Part shown: positions 1-13,216 of the stretch, piece by piece
How positions within the stretch are numbered: position 1 is the stretch's first letter
Layout of the letters: each line of letters starts with the position of its first letter
Translations under genes and position numbers: made by a program
Origin: Mytilus edulis
Lineage: Eukaryota
NCBI RefSeq assembly: GCF_963676685.1
Contig: NC_092353.1
Span: 17,670,001 to 17,734,000 of the forward strand
Direction: 5' to 3'
DNA length: 64,000 nucleotides
Notes under the pieces: generated by a model
The model's input: only the letters and a program-made list of their open reading frames with translations
Told to the model about the DNA's origin: nothing
The model's database searches: none

Positions 1-156
1 AATTATTTGTAGTTTACTTTTTTTTTTTTTAAATATAATTGTAAAATAATTAACAAAACCTAACCCAAAATATTCATCAAAACCAAATTTCTGTAAAGAA
101 GAAAAGACATTGAATAGAAACATTTACAAAGTGAACCAAACTATAATGTTTTACAG

Positions 157-438
157 CTCAACACATACGGACATTATGTAATGGACGATATGAAACTTTG
201 GGATGTGAGCCAAATTTTATCTACATAACTGATGTTTTCTATGGACGAGACACCAGTTTAATATGTCAGCCAGGAAGTCATTCATATTGTTCATCTAACA
301 AAACAGAAAATATTATACGACAAAAATGTGATGGAAAATCTGTGTGTTACGTCTCTGTTTACCCTGGAGTTCTACAAGGCAGTAATTGTAGATACGCTAA
401 TCCTTATCTTCGAATACATTATAAATGTGGAAAGTCTG
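157..438 (+). CDS. Internal exon encoding a SUEL-type (D-galactoside/L-rhamnose-binding) lectin domain; the gene starts upstream of the window
   Basis: Acceptor ttttacag ends at 156 and donor G|gtaagt is at 438/439, both phase 1. Translation ...LCNGRYETLGCEPNFIYITDVFYGRDTSLIC...CSS...IRQKCDGKSVC...NCRYANPYLRIHYKC has 8 Cys, the YGR motif and the YLxxxYxC end typical of SUEL domains. Confidence 0.85.
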
Positions 439-510
439 GTAAGTAACATGTTTTATACTGCTGTTGTAACTTTGTTATTTTTCGATGTAAAATAAAGATA
501 GATATGATTT

Positions 511-821
511 AATTAAGGAATGACTGTAATATCTTTTCTGTCTATGAAGAAATAACATAAAAAATTTGATGCACACTGAATAACACGCGTAGCGGGTTAT
601 TTAACAGTGTACACCACATTTGTTTTATGTTATTTCGAATAGACAGAAAAAATATTACAGTCATTTCTTATAATTTAATTCTAAATTCCATTTTAAACCG
701 TAGAAAACCATGAAAAAAAACGTTGATGACGTCACGGTCACATGACTAAATTATGTCTATGGGCTCATAACAAAATAACGTCAACCAATCAGAAGATGCG
801 TTACATCCAAAATTAAATTAT
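511..821. mobile_element. Palindrome-headed non-autonomous repeat (intronic)
   Basis: Imperfect inverted repeat with arms of about 75 bp (about 513-671) centred on GCGTAGCG; no ORF. Confidence 0.55.
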
Positions 822-1604
822 CATGCCTTAAACCAAAACAAAAAAAGAAACAAAACAAAACAATAGAAATAACAACAGAAACAAACAAAAGTGCAGACTA
901 CTTGGTTCATGACACCATCCAGGAGGACAACTCTAACACCATTGGCTGTTAAGAACTCAGCATATAGACCAGGATTACAATTTTATATTTCTGACGCGCG
1001 TTTTGTCTACAAAAATATCATCAGTGACGTTCTAATAAAAAAAAGTTAAAGAAGAAACAAAGAACAAAATGAGTATCCAGGACCCAAAATTCTAAAACGT
1101 TTTTGTCAAATACTGCTAAGATATCTGTTCCGGGGGTAGAATGTTCTTTATCGTTTGAAAAATTCTTAGTTTGGTAAACAGTTAATGTATAATAATGGTC
1201 ATGTCATTAATAATTTGTATCATCATAGACCTGCTGACTACTGGGATGCAGGTGATATTCTCGGGGATGAAGCCTTAACCATTATAAATGTTATCATCCA
1301 TTGCTCGTTATCTAAAAATGCGATGTATCTTATTTAAAAAGCTACGCAAAACATTACAACTTTTAAGACCCCTGCAATGTATCATTGGCAGAATCTAATA
1401 TGATAAGGTATACTTTTATATCACAACAGTATGTTTTACTGAAAAGTTGTTAGAGAAGTGGAAGTGACGTTAAAAATTTAAAACAACACGTTTAATAATT
1501 CTATGCGTCCGAATAAGAACATTTAAATGAGATAAAGATAGAATATAACACTTTCGCAAGTTTTTCAATTTTTTATAGACTAAACATCCTATGTTTCTTT
1601 GTAG

Positions 1605-1685
1605 AGGTTTTTGTTACTACTTCATCTGCTTCAGATGGTAACACGAGTAAAACAGATGCCACCTCAATTAATGTTGCAGTCACAG
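1605..1685 (+). CDS. Ser/Thr-rich stalk exon of the SUEL lectin membrane protein
   Basis: Acceptor tttctttgtag ends at 1604 and donor G|gtacat is at 1685/1686. The 81-nt phase 1-1 exon reads (E)VFVTTSSASDGNTSKTDATSINVAVT in frame with the flanking exons. Confidence 0.75.
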
Positions 1686-1963
1686 GTACATAATTATGCA
1701 TATACATGTACATATTTACATTCTATTACATATACATTTGACATACTGTTTTTGAATTGTGAGTTAAACTTAGTTTGGCTTATATATAAGTTGATGGTTT
1801 TTGTATTATTTTTATAATGAAATTTTAGATTTAGTTCATGCTTTTATATTGATGAATTGTTTTATTCATCATGAATGTTTCATACAGAACATTTTGAAAA
1901 GTCTGAACACTACCTTTAGCTTGCTTTCTTCTTAAACCAATAGGTCACATAAACACAACAGGA

Positions 1964-2044
1964 GATGGGATGGTAGATGGGATGGTAGATGGAATAGTAG
2001 ATGGGGTGGTAGATGGGATGGTAGATGGGATGGTAGATGGGATG
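1964..2044 (+). repeat. 12-bp G-rich minisatellite (GATGGGATGGTA)n, about 6.5 units
   Basis: Read directly from the sequence. Confidence 0.9.
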
Positions 2045-2389
2045 ACTATGCAAGGTATAAAAGGTCAGTAGATTGAAGCTTACTATGTCGGTAATTTAGA
2101 GACAGTTTAACTTACGCGTCAAACGTTAACACTACTTTTAACGCCGTTTCCATTCACATTGGTAACGTCATCATATCTTCTGTTAACGTTTTTCTATTGT
2201 AATGTATCATGTTACTATATTGAGTTGAGATTATACGATCAAACGAACCAGACGTTGTTTTACTGCCTGTCCAGACTTTCAGTTAACCCAGCCGTCACAT
2301 AATATATTAAAGACCGGTTGTGTACATCAAGATAAAACATTGCAGTTGTTTGTTCCAGCAATACTATCGATGTAACATATGTACAATAA

Positions 2390-2592
2390 TAGTTATTAAA
2401 GGTACCAGTCTTATAATTTGATACACCAGACGATCGTTATGTCTACATAAGACTCATCAGTGACGCTCGGATCAAAATAGTGATAAAGTCGAACAAAAAC
2501 AAAGTTGAAGAGCATTGCGGACACCGAATTCCAAAAAGTTGTGCAAAATACGGGTGAATAATCTATGAATAGGATGAGAAAATCCTTAAGTT
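2390..2592 (-). mobile_element. Degenerate retrozyme fragment; related fragments at about 965-1280, 5667-5890 and 18170-18350
   Basis: Reverse complement of the 31668-32073 family (gtctacataagactcatcagtgacgctc); the hammerhead core is mutated. Confidence 0.75.
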
Positions 2593-3009
2593 AGTATTCA
2601 AATAGAATTAACAAAAAAACAAGGATTTCTCATTTTGTATTTGTTCACTTTTTACGTTTAAATGGATAACCCATGGAAATAAAATGGACAAACTAATAGA
2701 TGGTACAAAACTTTTGATCTTCAACGTGACGTAGTTTAATTTTTCTCGTGCATAAAGCCATTCATCATGAAAATAAGAAAAATTATGTGATATGATAAAC
2801 AATTAAAAATAAACTAGACAAAACATTTACTGAATTTAATCATCGGTATGGGAACGTCATTCGTAAATATAAATCAACAAGCAGACATCTTATACTTTCA
2901 GGTATTTCACATCCAATTTTTATGGTAATATTCTTTACAAAACACAAATATGTTGGCATTCATTTCAAAAGCTAACCAAACCTTTATACAGACTTATTCA
3001 AAAGCGATA

Positions 3010-3700
3010 TAGTTTCGATGTCAGGTCATTAAGAATGGCATATTTTGGTATCAATACAAATTCACTCATTGGGTCTCTGCATCGAAAATAAACACTTTTG
3101 TCCTAAAACCAGTTGTTGACATGCTACACTTTATTTTCTCTCAAATATGCTACAAAACTCCTAACGGGAGGGACGGTGCTTGTTTTTCGTTTGATAAAGA
3201 CATAATCTTTCAGTTAGTTTAATTGAGGTCTGGAGCTGGCATGTCAGTAACTGCTCGTAGTCCTTTGATTATTCATTTATCATTGTCATTTGTTTAGTTT
3301 CTTTTGTTACCTATTCTGACATCAGACTCGGACCTTTTTAACTGTGTTTTACTGTGCATATTTCTGTGTGATTTGTTATTCTACATTGATAAAAGGTATA
3401 GGGGAAGGGTTAAGATCTCACAAATCCTGTTTAATCCCGCCGCATTTTGGCTCCTGTCCGTGGCCTTCGTTAGTCCTGTATGCTTTTTAATTTGAGTGCA
3501 TTTATATGTTTCGGATTTTTGTATGACGTCCGTTTACACTGAACCTGTACACATTATGATATAGGGGCCAGCTGAGGCCCAACTCCGGTGCGGGAATTTC
3601 TCTCCTCGTTGATTACGTTTTGGTGGGCTTCAGCTGTTTATCTGATCTTTGGTCGGGTTGTTGTTCCGTTGAGATATTCCCCATTTCCATTCGTAATTTT
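3010..3700. mobile_element. Interspersed repeat, diverged inverted copy of 12012-12900
   Basis: Shared segments in reverse complement, e.g. gaggtctggagctggcatgtcagtaactgct versus agcagttaactgacatgccagctccagacctc. Confidence 0.75.
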
Positions 3701-4679
3701 GAATTTGCTCTTATTCTACTATTGGGTACTATGATATGTTTTCGCTTGCACAATTGGACAAATAAGAATGAAATACAAAATGTATATTACTTATCTTACT
3801 TTGGGAACAATTTACATTGGGTAAATCTAAGATCAGATTTAAAACAGAAGAATCATTTAATTATCAATGATACGACTTCACAAGAGACCATAATACACAG
3901 AAATCAATAACTTAAAGCCACTGAACGGCTTTCAACAACGAACAAAGCCCCGACCGCAAAGTCAGTTTTGATCAATGTAAAACAGTTAAAACGAGAAAAC
4001 TAACGGACTAATTTCCGTACAAAATAATGAACAAAAACAAATATGTAACACAGCCACAAACAACAATCACTGAATTTATAGGCTCCTGACATGGGACATG
4101 CACATACATACCGAATGTGGAAGGGTAAAACATATAAGTGGGCGCCAAATCCTTCCTTAATCCTGGGACAATTGGGTAACAGACCAATGCAAGAACTGTA
4201 CAAAACAATGAACAAACAACGCATATGGTCAACAGCAACGAACAACAACCACTCAATAACAAGATCCTGACTTGGGACAGGCAGATACAGAATGTGGCGG
4301 GTTAAACATGTTAGCGGGCGCTCAATCCTCTAATAAGCCAGGACAGTGGTGTAGCAGTAAGAGCACACTATAAAAATTAGTTGAAAAAGGCTTAACTCAT
4401 CAGATGTATACACATAGGAATACATCTAATAAAAACACAGAATGGACGTAGCCGGGTACATCCCAACAACAAAAAGACAACAATTGCACATCTGGGAGTA
4501 CTCGCAGTAACTGAAAGCGTGTTCAAAGCCAATATAAACTAAGAAAATAAAATCATGCATCTAAATCAAGTTTGTGTACCCGGTTCGATAACATTAATTA
4601 CTTGCATTAATGTTTAACCTTTTTTTGGTAATTTATCTTGGTTCGTTGAACAATTTTTTATTTCAATTTATTTTCGCAG

Positions 4680-4855
4680 GTGAAACATCGGAAACAAATA
4701 GTATATCCATATATTTCAAAATATCCATGGTGAGTTGTGGAGCTGTTTTCATAATTCTGATTGCAATTGCCGTCTTCCTCTTTGCACCATGTCGTAAAAG
4801 GAAACAAGCAAAAAAGAAAGAATCGAAGATGGCAGAAAAAGATTTATGGATATGA
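4680..4855 (+). CDS. Terminal exon of the lectin gene: transmembrane helix plus short basic cytoplasmic tail
   Basis: Acceptor ttttcgcag ends at 4679 (phase 1). Translation GETSETNSISIYFKISMVSCGAVFIILIAIAVFLFAPCRKRKQAKKKESKMAEKDLWI*; AATAAA at 5053. Confidence 0.8.
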
Positions 4856-6984
4856 AACAACTGAACAATTTCTTAGAAAACCTTATATTCCATGTACTTT
4901 AGACGACATGAGTATAAGAGTTCAATTTACTCATACAAATACGAAAATTGTTTTGATTCGGTTTACATACATAACAATACATACATAAGGTCTTGAGAGC
5001 TTTTAACCGAATATGAATAACATGTATATTATATTTATAACACCTATGCTTGAATAAATACTGTACCACTAGTTGTTCTCTACCTGATATATGTGCAATG
5101 TCTAAGGAAAGACAACACCTGCTTAAATGTTGATATCTCTTTTAAACACATCAAAGTATAATGGTTCATATATTATATGATCCCTTAGACAAGCTCGAAG
5201 AAGATTGTTTACGGATTTTTGTTAACGGATGAATATAAATTTTAAAATGCTTTAATTTTGTTATGTGTAACAATTTTTTTTTACATTTGAGTCGATAGTA
5301 ACAATGCGTGACATTCCATAAAGATAAAAACCAAAACAAAGCATTTGGCCATGACAAAACATTAATATGAGATGGACCACATGGTTTAAAGACTACATGT
5401 CTTTTGTAGCTTTTGGTTAAATTACATATCAATTTGATTTTTTTTCTCTTCCAATAATTGAATATTTCTTGTAAGCTTTTTAATGTTTTACGTTATTACT
5501 TTACATATTCATAGTGGCTTTACATTGAAAAAGATAATATGAAAACTCAAGTTGTCTTTCCTTAAATAGACATTTTCTTTCTGAATACGTTTTTTTTTAA
5601 TTGAAATTCGTGTCATGTTTGTTGTATAATTTTGGCTGCTGTCTCCCAATTAATATCATGTTTAATAGTTATCAAAGTTACAAAGCTTCTAATCTAATAA
5701 GCTAGACGCGCGTTTCGTCTTCTTAAGACTCATCTGTGACGCTCAGATCAAACAAGTACAAAGTCGAAGAACATAAAAATGTGCCAAATACGGCTAAGGT
5801 AAGCAATGCCTGGGATAAGAAATTCCTTAGTATTTTGTCAAATTCATACTTTGTAAACAGGAAATTTATAAAATGACCATATAATACATTGAAAATGATT
5901 CCCCATTTCTTTTTTAAAACCAATGTATTTGTAAATATTCAAATGTAGACAAGAGTAAATGCAGAAATGTCAATGGAATTCTACAAAATCTACACGTTGT
6001 TGCTTTTTCATTGACGTTTATCTCGATTCTACTTTTAAAAATAGGAAAACAAATGAGCTCTTAAGAAATGTCATTTACTTTATACATGTAATGTACAAAC
6101 ATGTATATACATAAAACATGACCTCAGTAAGTTTGTAATTTCCGTTTAAGAAAATTTGTATCGAAATTTAGTTTTTGATAAGAAAACTAGTCACAAACAG
6201 CTTCCTTTAATCGTTGCTAGAGGTAAGTGTTTTAAGTTGAGAAACTTGTTTAATGCGTTTTTGCATTTCATGTGGCTCACTTGCTCAGCTTTACATACAT
6301 TGTAGTCACGTTTTGTTATTTAAAGCAAGCTTGAACACAATTAAAACAACAAGTTAGTTGATAATAAACCTTTGATGCTGACGTAAGAAAAAAGCTTTTC
6401 TAGACACCTTCATCAATAACGTTCCCGCTAAAGCAATGGTAACTGGACCGGCGAGGAATCGTGTCGATAACAATTCAAGAATATGCATATTTTATTACTT
6501 GACTGATGTATTTGAAAGAAACATCTGATCACATGACCCATACCTGAGGGTGTAAATTCAGGTTGAAATGATAGAAAATATAGGGTTAAAAATATAAAAA
6601 ATAAGGAAAAATAAACCAACAAATTGAAGAGTAGAGAATAGTGAGGAGATGAAATATAAAAAGGAAATAATGAATAAAAGTTAAAATGTTTGAGATGAAT
6701 GGCCTTAAACATTTAAGAATACAGAAATAAAGGACCCCCTACCATGACCCTCACACCATAATTTCTATACCGAAATACTGTAAAATTAAAATTGTATCTT
6801 CTGGTGTTAAACATATGTTGAAGGCCAAATATTTTATTCATACAAACTTTAAAACACATTTTAAAACACATAACATACGAATCCCCCCTTATCCGCCCCC
6901 AAAAAACAAAACAAAAGACAAAAAAAAAAGATTGGCAACTGTGTTGTTTATTTTAATTGTGTATTAAAAGGGGAAATAATTTCA

Positions 6985-7450
6985 AACATATGTCTTGGAT
7001 TTCACCTCCTCAACTTTACTAAACGTGACCGCGTACATCCAACACAACCAGTTTTTTCTGATTGGGTTCCATTAATACATCCCCAAGAACTAGAAATTAA
7101 AGAAACAGCAGACAAGTCTTTGACATACACCATCAACTCAGTACCAGAGTCTATGACAAACGAGACGATTTTGATTATGAAATTATCAAGTTCCCCCACC
7201 TTTGTAGCAATATACTAACTTCATTGGAACATTGGATATACATTTCCAAATTGGTTCGGCATACAAGAGCTTGTAGCTCGTACTTAGACATAGTAAAACT
7301 TCAACAGTGTCTGAGCAGAAAATTGACGAACCACGGTCCGGGGATATGTCAATGAGCGGCTCGTCCTTTTTCTAAAAACAATTCATCGGAAATTACCAAG
7401 ACCTATCAATTTCACAAATAATACACGATGGTCTTGATGTATAGACTCCG
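6985..7450 (+). mobile_element. Penelope-like element reverse transcriptase relic
   Basis: Decayed translation FSDWVPLIHPQELEIKET...STRVYDKRDDFDYEIIKFPHLCSNI...IYISKLVRHTRACSSY matches the PLE RT thumb region. Confidence 0.75.
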
Positions 7451-8319
7451 GGTTTTGACGTTGTTTATCGTCTGAACAACGTGTTATATTATTCTTTTAT
7501 TTGTTTTTATAATATTACTTTTACTGTTTAGTGTGTTTTTTTGTGATATCCATTAGACGTGACTGTGTTCTTATTTGTAGCATTTTAATTTGTTTTTATA
7601 TTGATTAAGATTATAACACTATGTTGACTACTGTACCACTATTTTTTACATTTTTACCTATTATCTTTGTTTGATTGGTTCACACATAGTTGTCAATGTT
7701 CTGAAATTTGAAACGACTGTCATACAAGTGAGAGGTTTAGATAGCTATAATACCACGTTTAATCCACCATTTTCTACAAAAGAAAATGCCTGTTCTAAAT
7801 CAGGAAAATGACAGTTGTTATCTATTCGTTCCATGTGTTTGAGCTTTTGATTTTGCCATTTGATAAAGGACTTTCCAGTTTGAATTTTCCTCGGAGTTCA
7901 GTATTATTTTTGCTTTAACGTTGATTGCCATAACAGAGTATCCTTGCTATATCTTAAAAATCTGTAATATGCTTGCAAATGAAAAAACTAACACTTTATG
8001 TGCAAGTGAATAAGTTCTTATTTGCAATTGAAGAGACTGTTCGATAGGATTTTCATTGTAACAGTGACCGTTAAGCCTGGACCATTTAATTTTCTTAATT
8101 TGTATTTGGGAGAGGATTGCTTGGTTTTTATTTCAAGCCAGATTTTTTACCACGCAAACCAAGCAAGAGTATTTGTTGACAACGTCATACATGTCACACT
8201 TGACAAGATGAGGAATATACTGCATAGTCCATTTTTTTTAACCAAATAGGACCCCACCCACCCAGAAAATCAGATTGGCCGCGCCTTTTGATAAATAAAC
8301 ATTTTATTAATGTGTTTAA

Positions 8320-8906
8320 TGTAGATCATAAGTATAGACTTTTTGAGACAGAATTTTCTTATTATTTGCAAGAAAAGAAGATTTTACTATGCTTTTTTCA
8401 AAAATATGTTTTAAAGTATGGGTCACCGTGTTATTTTTCAAGCTATGAGTCGTTGAAAATTGCCTGAATTTGGTTAGTTCGTTCATGAAAAAGAAACACG
8501 TTTGTGTGCAAAAAAAAAATTCTATGAGATAGAATTTTGAAATAAATTGAGAAGCAAGGTTTTATTAAACGTTTACAAAAATAAAAAAAGGGTGTCACCG
8601 TACTTGTTTTCTTGTAAAAATATTAAAACAATTCCCTATTAGTCCTGTATAATTTTTTTACTAAAAGAGTTATCTCCCCTTAAATGACTCATTTGGGGAA
8701 AAATGATTCTAAAAAAAGAAAAGAAAAGATATTTGTTTAAATATGTTTGCATTATACAATAAATCTCCAAGTTTTCTTTATACAAATAAACAGTCTAACC
8801 ATTAAATCTCAAATCTGTCTCCAAATTTGAAGATTTGGGCAAATAACTAGACGGATTTCGTACTGTGATTGTACAATCCAAGATGGAGGTATACCATGAA
8901 TCTACC
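8320..8906. mobile_element. MITE flanked by TTAA (Kolobok- or piggyBac-like) in the 5' intron of propeller gene A
   Basis: ttaa|tgtagatcataagtata ... tataccatgaatctacc|ttaa form degenerate TIRs; TTAA at 8316-8319 and 8907-8910. Confidence 0.5.
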
Positions 8907-9088
8907 TTAATTTGATCATTGCCAAAACATTCAAAGACCTTCTCCAAAGACATCTATCCTGTAAGAAAGGACAGTTGAAAAATTTAAATTCAAATGTTTG
9001 TATTTTATTTGTTTTTATCTTTCAAAAGATACCTTTTGCTTTCAAATTGATGAGATATGTGTTTCTATAATGTCTTAACAGGTTAAAA

Positions 9089-10417
9089 ATGAATTGGGAT
9101 GAATCAGAACAGCTTGGTGACCCGGAAGACGCAATTACCACTGCAGATAATGTATCTAGAACGATAAAAGTACAGGATGTGATTACCATGGAAATGCCAA
9201 TCAAACAACAAGTAACCGTTCAGTTACCGCATGCAGCAACAATTGAACTGGGTCCATCTGTGGGTCTGACGAAGACTGTCACTATAGAGCCCAGTCCGGC
9301 TTTGGGACTGACGAAATCCTATTCTTCAACTATTGAGACAGGTCCAACTCTAGGAATGTCGTTACCCCAGTCCGCTTCTGTTGATAATGCTCCGATTGCA
9401 AACTTAACGTTACCTTCATCGGATAGTCAGAGCAATCCACCTGAGTCACCGAAAGATGTTGTGTTTAAACGAGTGAAGAATCCGAAATTTGTAGAAGGCG
9501 TCAAGGTAATAGGAACAATTGTATACCCTGGTTTTAACGTGTTGCATGTCGGTGTCTCTCCAATAAACGGAACAAAAGCTTGGATATATGGCTGTAAAAA
9601 GTTTAATTTAGTAGACATAGAAAAGGGTGAAATAATAAATAGTTATACTCCTTCTGTAATATTTTCTGATCTATTTTCTGTCGATGAAAATAATGTTATT
9701 GTTGAGGAGCTGATGGGAAAAAGTTTAATGAAAATACATATCAAAGAAGACGGAAGCATGGATGTGGAACCTTTAATTAAAACCTCAGTTTCAAAACGAG
9801 GCAATGCAGATAGCAATACGGAAGAAATACTTAAACATTCTATCTCTAAATCGGGATATTCTTTAACCTGTATCATGCAAAAGCGAACTTGTTGTTGTTT
9901 TTGTTGTTTTTGTTGTTTTCCCAAACGAGTTTTGATGATAAAGCGTCATGATGCAAACGGGCAATTAATAATGCAAAGAAAGCTACAAAAAGACGGTAAA
10001 AACATATTTGAATATTCGGTTGACTCCATGAAGATAAATGGGAACGGGGATGTCTGCGTAGCTGGATCAAACAGCAGTGAAGATTCAACAAAGGGATATA
10101 ATTTTCTAGCAGTTTTTACTGAACAAATAAAGTTCCGATTTTTTTATCCGAAAGGATTGCGTACTAGCGCTAAAACTGGATTGTATGATATTGCAACAGA
10201 TCCTAATTGCAACATTCTTCTTGGATACTGCAGTGAAATTGACATAATAGATTGTAACGGTGTTTTTCTTTGTTCTCTGAAAGCAAGTTTTGGAATTGAT
10301 GGAGAATCGCGGCTACTTTCAGTAGACCACGAAGGCAAGGCATGGATATGCACTGAGACTGGCCGGGTAGTTGTTATAGAATATGCTACATGGGAAATTA
10401 CTGAAATGAAAAAATAA
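9089..10417 (+). CDS. Propeller family gene A (442 aa): repetitive Ser/Thr/Pro N-terminus, NHL-like beta-propeller and Cys string CCCFCCFCCF
   Basis: Long intact ORF; acceptor ttaacag ends at 9081, 7 nt before the ATG; candidate upstream non-coding exon donor ag|gtaagt at 6223. Blade motifs INGNGDVCVAG, IATDPNCNILL, IDIIDCNGVFL, LSVDHEGKAWI are shared with the paralogues. Confidence 0.9.
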   Translation: MNWDESEQLGDPEDAITTADNVSRTIKVQDVITMEMPIKQQVTVQLPHAATIELGPSVGLTKTVTIEPSPALGLTKSYSSTIETGPTLGMSLPQSASVDNAPIANLTLPSSDSQSNPPESPKDVVFKRVKNPKFVEGVKVIGTIVYPGFNVLHVGVSPINGTKAWIYGCKKFNLVDIEKGEIINSYTPSVIFSDLFSVDENNVIVEELMGKSLMKIHIKEDGSMDVEPLIKTSVSKRGNADSNTEEILKHSISKSGYSLTCIMQKRTCCCFCCFCCFPKRVLMIKRHDANGQLIMQRKLQKDGKNIFEYSVDSMKINGNGDVCVAGSNSSEDSTKGYNFLAVFTEQIKFRFFYPKGLRTSAKTGLYDIATDPNCNILLGYCSEIDIIDCNGVFLCSLKASFGIDGESRLLSVDHEGKAWICTETGRVVVIEYATWEITEMKK

Positions 10418-12011
10418 GCGATTTAACGTTATTTTAACAATTTCTTCGTTAAAGTATAATTACCTTGTTACTGGATTTTTTTGTTTGTTTGTCTTAGCAA
10501 TAATATAATGATTCGCGAATGTATATGAAGTGTCCTTATATACCCGTCGTCAATTCACCGATCAAGACAACAGAAGAGAGTTTATCCTATATTTATTAAA
10601 ATAGTTTAACCATGCATATGTTATTGTGTTTTTCACAATATGGATATTCTTTATTTTTTGTACTGTAACAAGTAAATCACAAAAATACTGAACTCTGATG
10701 AAAGTTCAAAAAGGAAATTCCCTAATAAAATGGCAAAATCAAAAGCTCAAATACATCAAATACATCAAACGAATGGATAACAGCTGTCAAGTTCCTGACT
10801 TGGTACAGGTATTTTCTTATGTTAAAGCGCACATGTTTTTGTTTTTCTTTTCAACGAGTTGTAGTAATAAAACACGATGATGCCAATCTTTCAATAACAC
10901 ACTTAGAATATTTTCTATTTAGCTGAAAGAAAAAAAAACATGTAGTATTCTTTTTTCAACTTGTAGTTATATTTTTTTTCACTTATCTGATTTTTATGCA
11001 CATATTCATATCGATGTATTATTTATTACTAATTCATCATATAAATTTTTGTTTGTTGTGGTGCAAAGTGGCACGATTAAGTTTGTATTAAATTTGTTTA
11101 ATAATTTGAACAACATGTAAATCTGGAATCAATACAGGCTCTTCAAAATTACAATGTTATTTTTTTTAAACAATAAAAACAAGCTACATTTACTTACAGA
11201 TTATGACACATTGTCGGAAATATGTCCTTCCTATTAATTTGTCGTTTGAAAAACTTGTAAATTGCAAAAACAAATCTGCCTCATTTTCATTTTTTACATT
11301 TTGATAAATGTATTTGTATAGATGAACAGGGCCTACGTTGAACAGGTAAATAGATACCGAAATATTGTGATAATTTACATGTAACACAATGGCTATGTAT
11401 CTTCACATATAAACATGACGTATATTTGTGCTTTATATTGTTTCACTTCTTCGTTTAATTTTTGGTTATTGACATAGAGGAAACGCTTTAATTGATAGAA
11501 TTTTAGATTGTTGGAAAAATTTAACATCCTTATTAAAGTTAAGAGTAAATCAGACCAACAAAAACAAAAACAAAAGATCAACACGGCAACAATGTTTGGC
11601 ACATATTATAGTTCGCTCGGATGCATGTTTTTAAATAACCATAATATATATATTGGAGCCATGAAATGAAAGACAAAATTTCAGAGCAACAAATTCAAAA
11701 ACTTAAAACAAAAGAAGCCAAAAAAACAAAGACATTAAGCTGTATTCCCAACAGTTGACACGTAACTGTTAAATTAATCACTCGACATGACAACAAATTA
11801 ATTCCACTGATATTAAAAAAAGATCTGAGCCATCGCCAAAATCTAGAGTACAAATACATTTCTAGTACACTCATTTGTAAACTACAAAACAATACAAAAG
11901 AGTCATTTAAACTATGATATTAGAATCGAAGTTTAGACATCTTGCAGATGGTACTTTCGAATACTGGAGCCAATCCGTCAACAAAAGCACAAATCCTTTA
12001 GTAGTATATAC

Positions 12012-12900
12012 ATAAAATTGAGAAAGGAAATGGTGAATATGTCAAAGCGACAACCACCCGACCATAGAGCAAACAACAGCCGAAGACAACCAATGGGTCT
12101 TCAATGTAGCGAGAATTCCCGCACCCGTAGGTGTCCTTCAGCTGGCCCCTAAAATATGCATAATAGTACAGTGATAATGGACGTCATACTAAACTCCGAA
12201 TTATACACAAGAAACTAAAATTTAAAATCATACAAGACTAACAAAGGCCAGAGGCTCCTGACTTGGGACAGGCGCAAAATTGCGGCGGGGTTAAACATGT
12301 TTATGAGATCTCAACCCTCCCCCTATACCTCTAGCCAATGTAGAAAAGTAAAAGAATAACAATACGCACATTAAAATTCAGTTCAAGAGAAGTCCGAGTC
12401 CGATGTCAAAAGATGTAACAAAAGAAAATAAATAAAATGACAATAATACATAAATAACAACAGACTACTAGCAGTTAACTGACATGCCAGCTCCAGACCT
12501 CAATTAAACTGACTGAAAGATTATGTCTTCATCATATGAATATCAGGTACAATCCCTCCCGTTAGGGGTTTAGTATCATACTATCATAAAATATATGAGA
12601 AGAACATAACCCGTGTCATGCCATCAACTGTATTTTTAGAAATAAATGTGTTTAGTTCCGATGCAAAGACCCTATCAGTGAATCAATGTTAAAGCCAAAA
12701 TATGCAATCTTTAATGACCTGACAACAGTATCGTAACTATATCCCCTTTTAATAAGTCTATTTAAAGGTTTTGTTAGTTTCTGAGGAGAATACTGACATT
12801 TTTGTGCTTTATAAAGAATATTTCCATAAAATTTTGGATGTGAAATACCTGAACGTATAAGATGTCTGCATGTTGAGTTATATTTACGAATTATTTCCTT
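12012..12900. mobile_element. Interspersed non-coding repeat (well-preserved copy, probably Penelope-related)
   Basis: Homologous to 3010-3700 (inverted) and to about 58475-58600; shares the cctgacttgggacagg...gcggggttaaacatg block with other repeats in the window. Confidence 0.7.
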
Positions 12901-13216
12901 ATATACATGTATATTTATTATACTATGTCACTGCACTCAACACTCAATTTTGGGAGTTTTGGGATCATATCTTCAGTGATATTGTCATTAATTAAACAAT
13001 GGGGAGGCCAAATAATTTAAAACAAATTGAATTGTACTAACATATTCCATATCATTACCTTGTAGGCTCATGACTTTTAATTCAAATGGCTTGGTTCAGA
13101 TCACTTCTCACAAAAGGTTACAGTGATATTATTCCAAACAGGCAAATTTGAAGAATAAACAGTCAAGTGACGGAAAGTGCTAATATATCACGAAAAAAAC
13201 AACACATTAACCCAAC

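Noticed and set aside
1611-1817. 68-aa ORF from the track
   Set aside because: Wrong frame; the splice-compatible exon is 1605-1685 in another frame.
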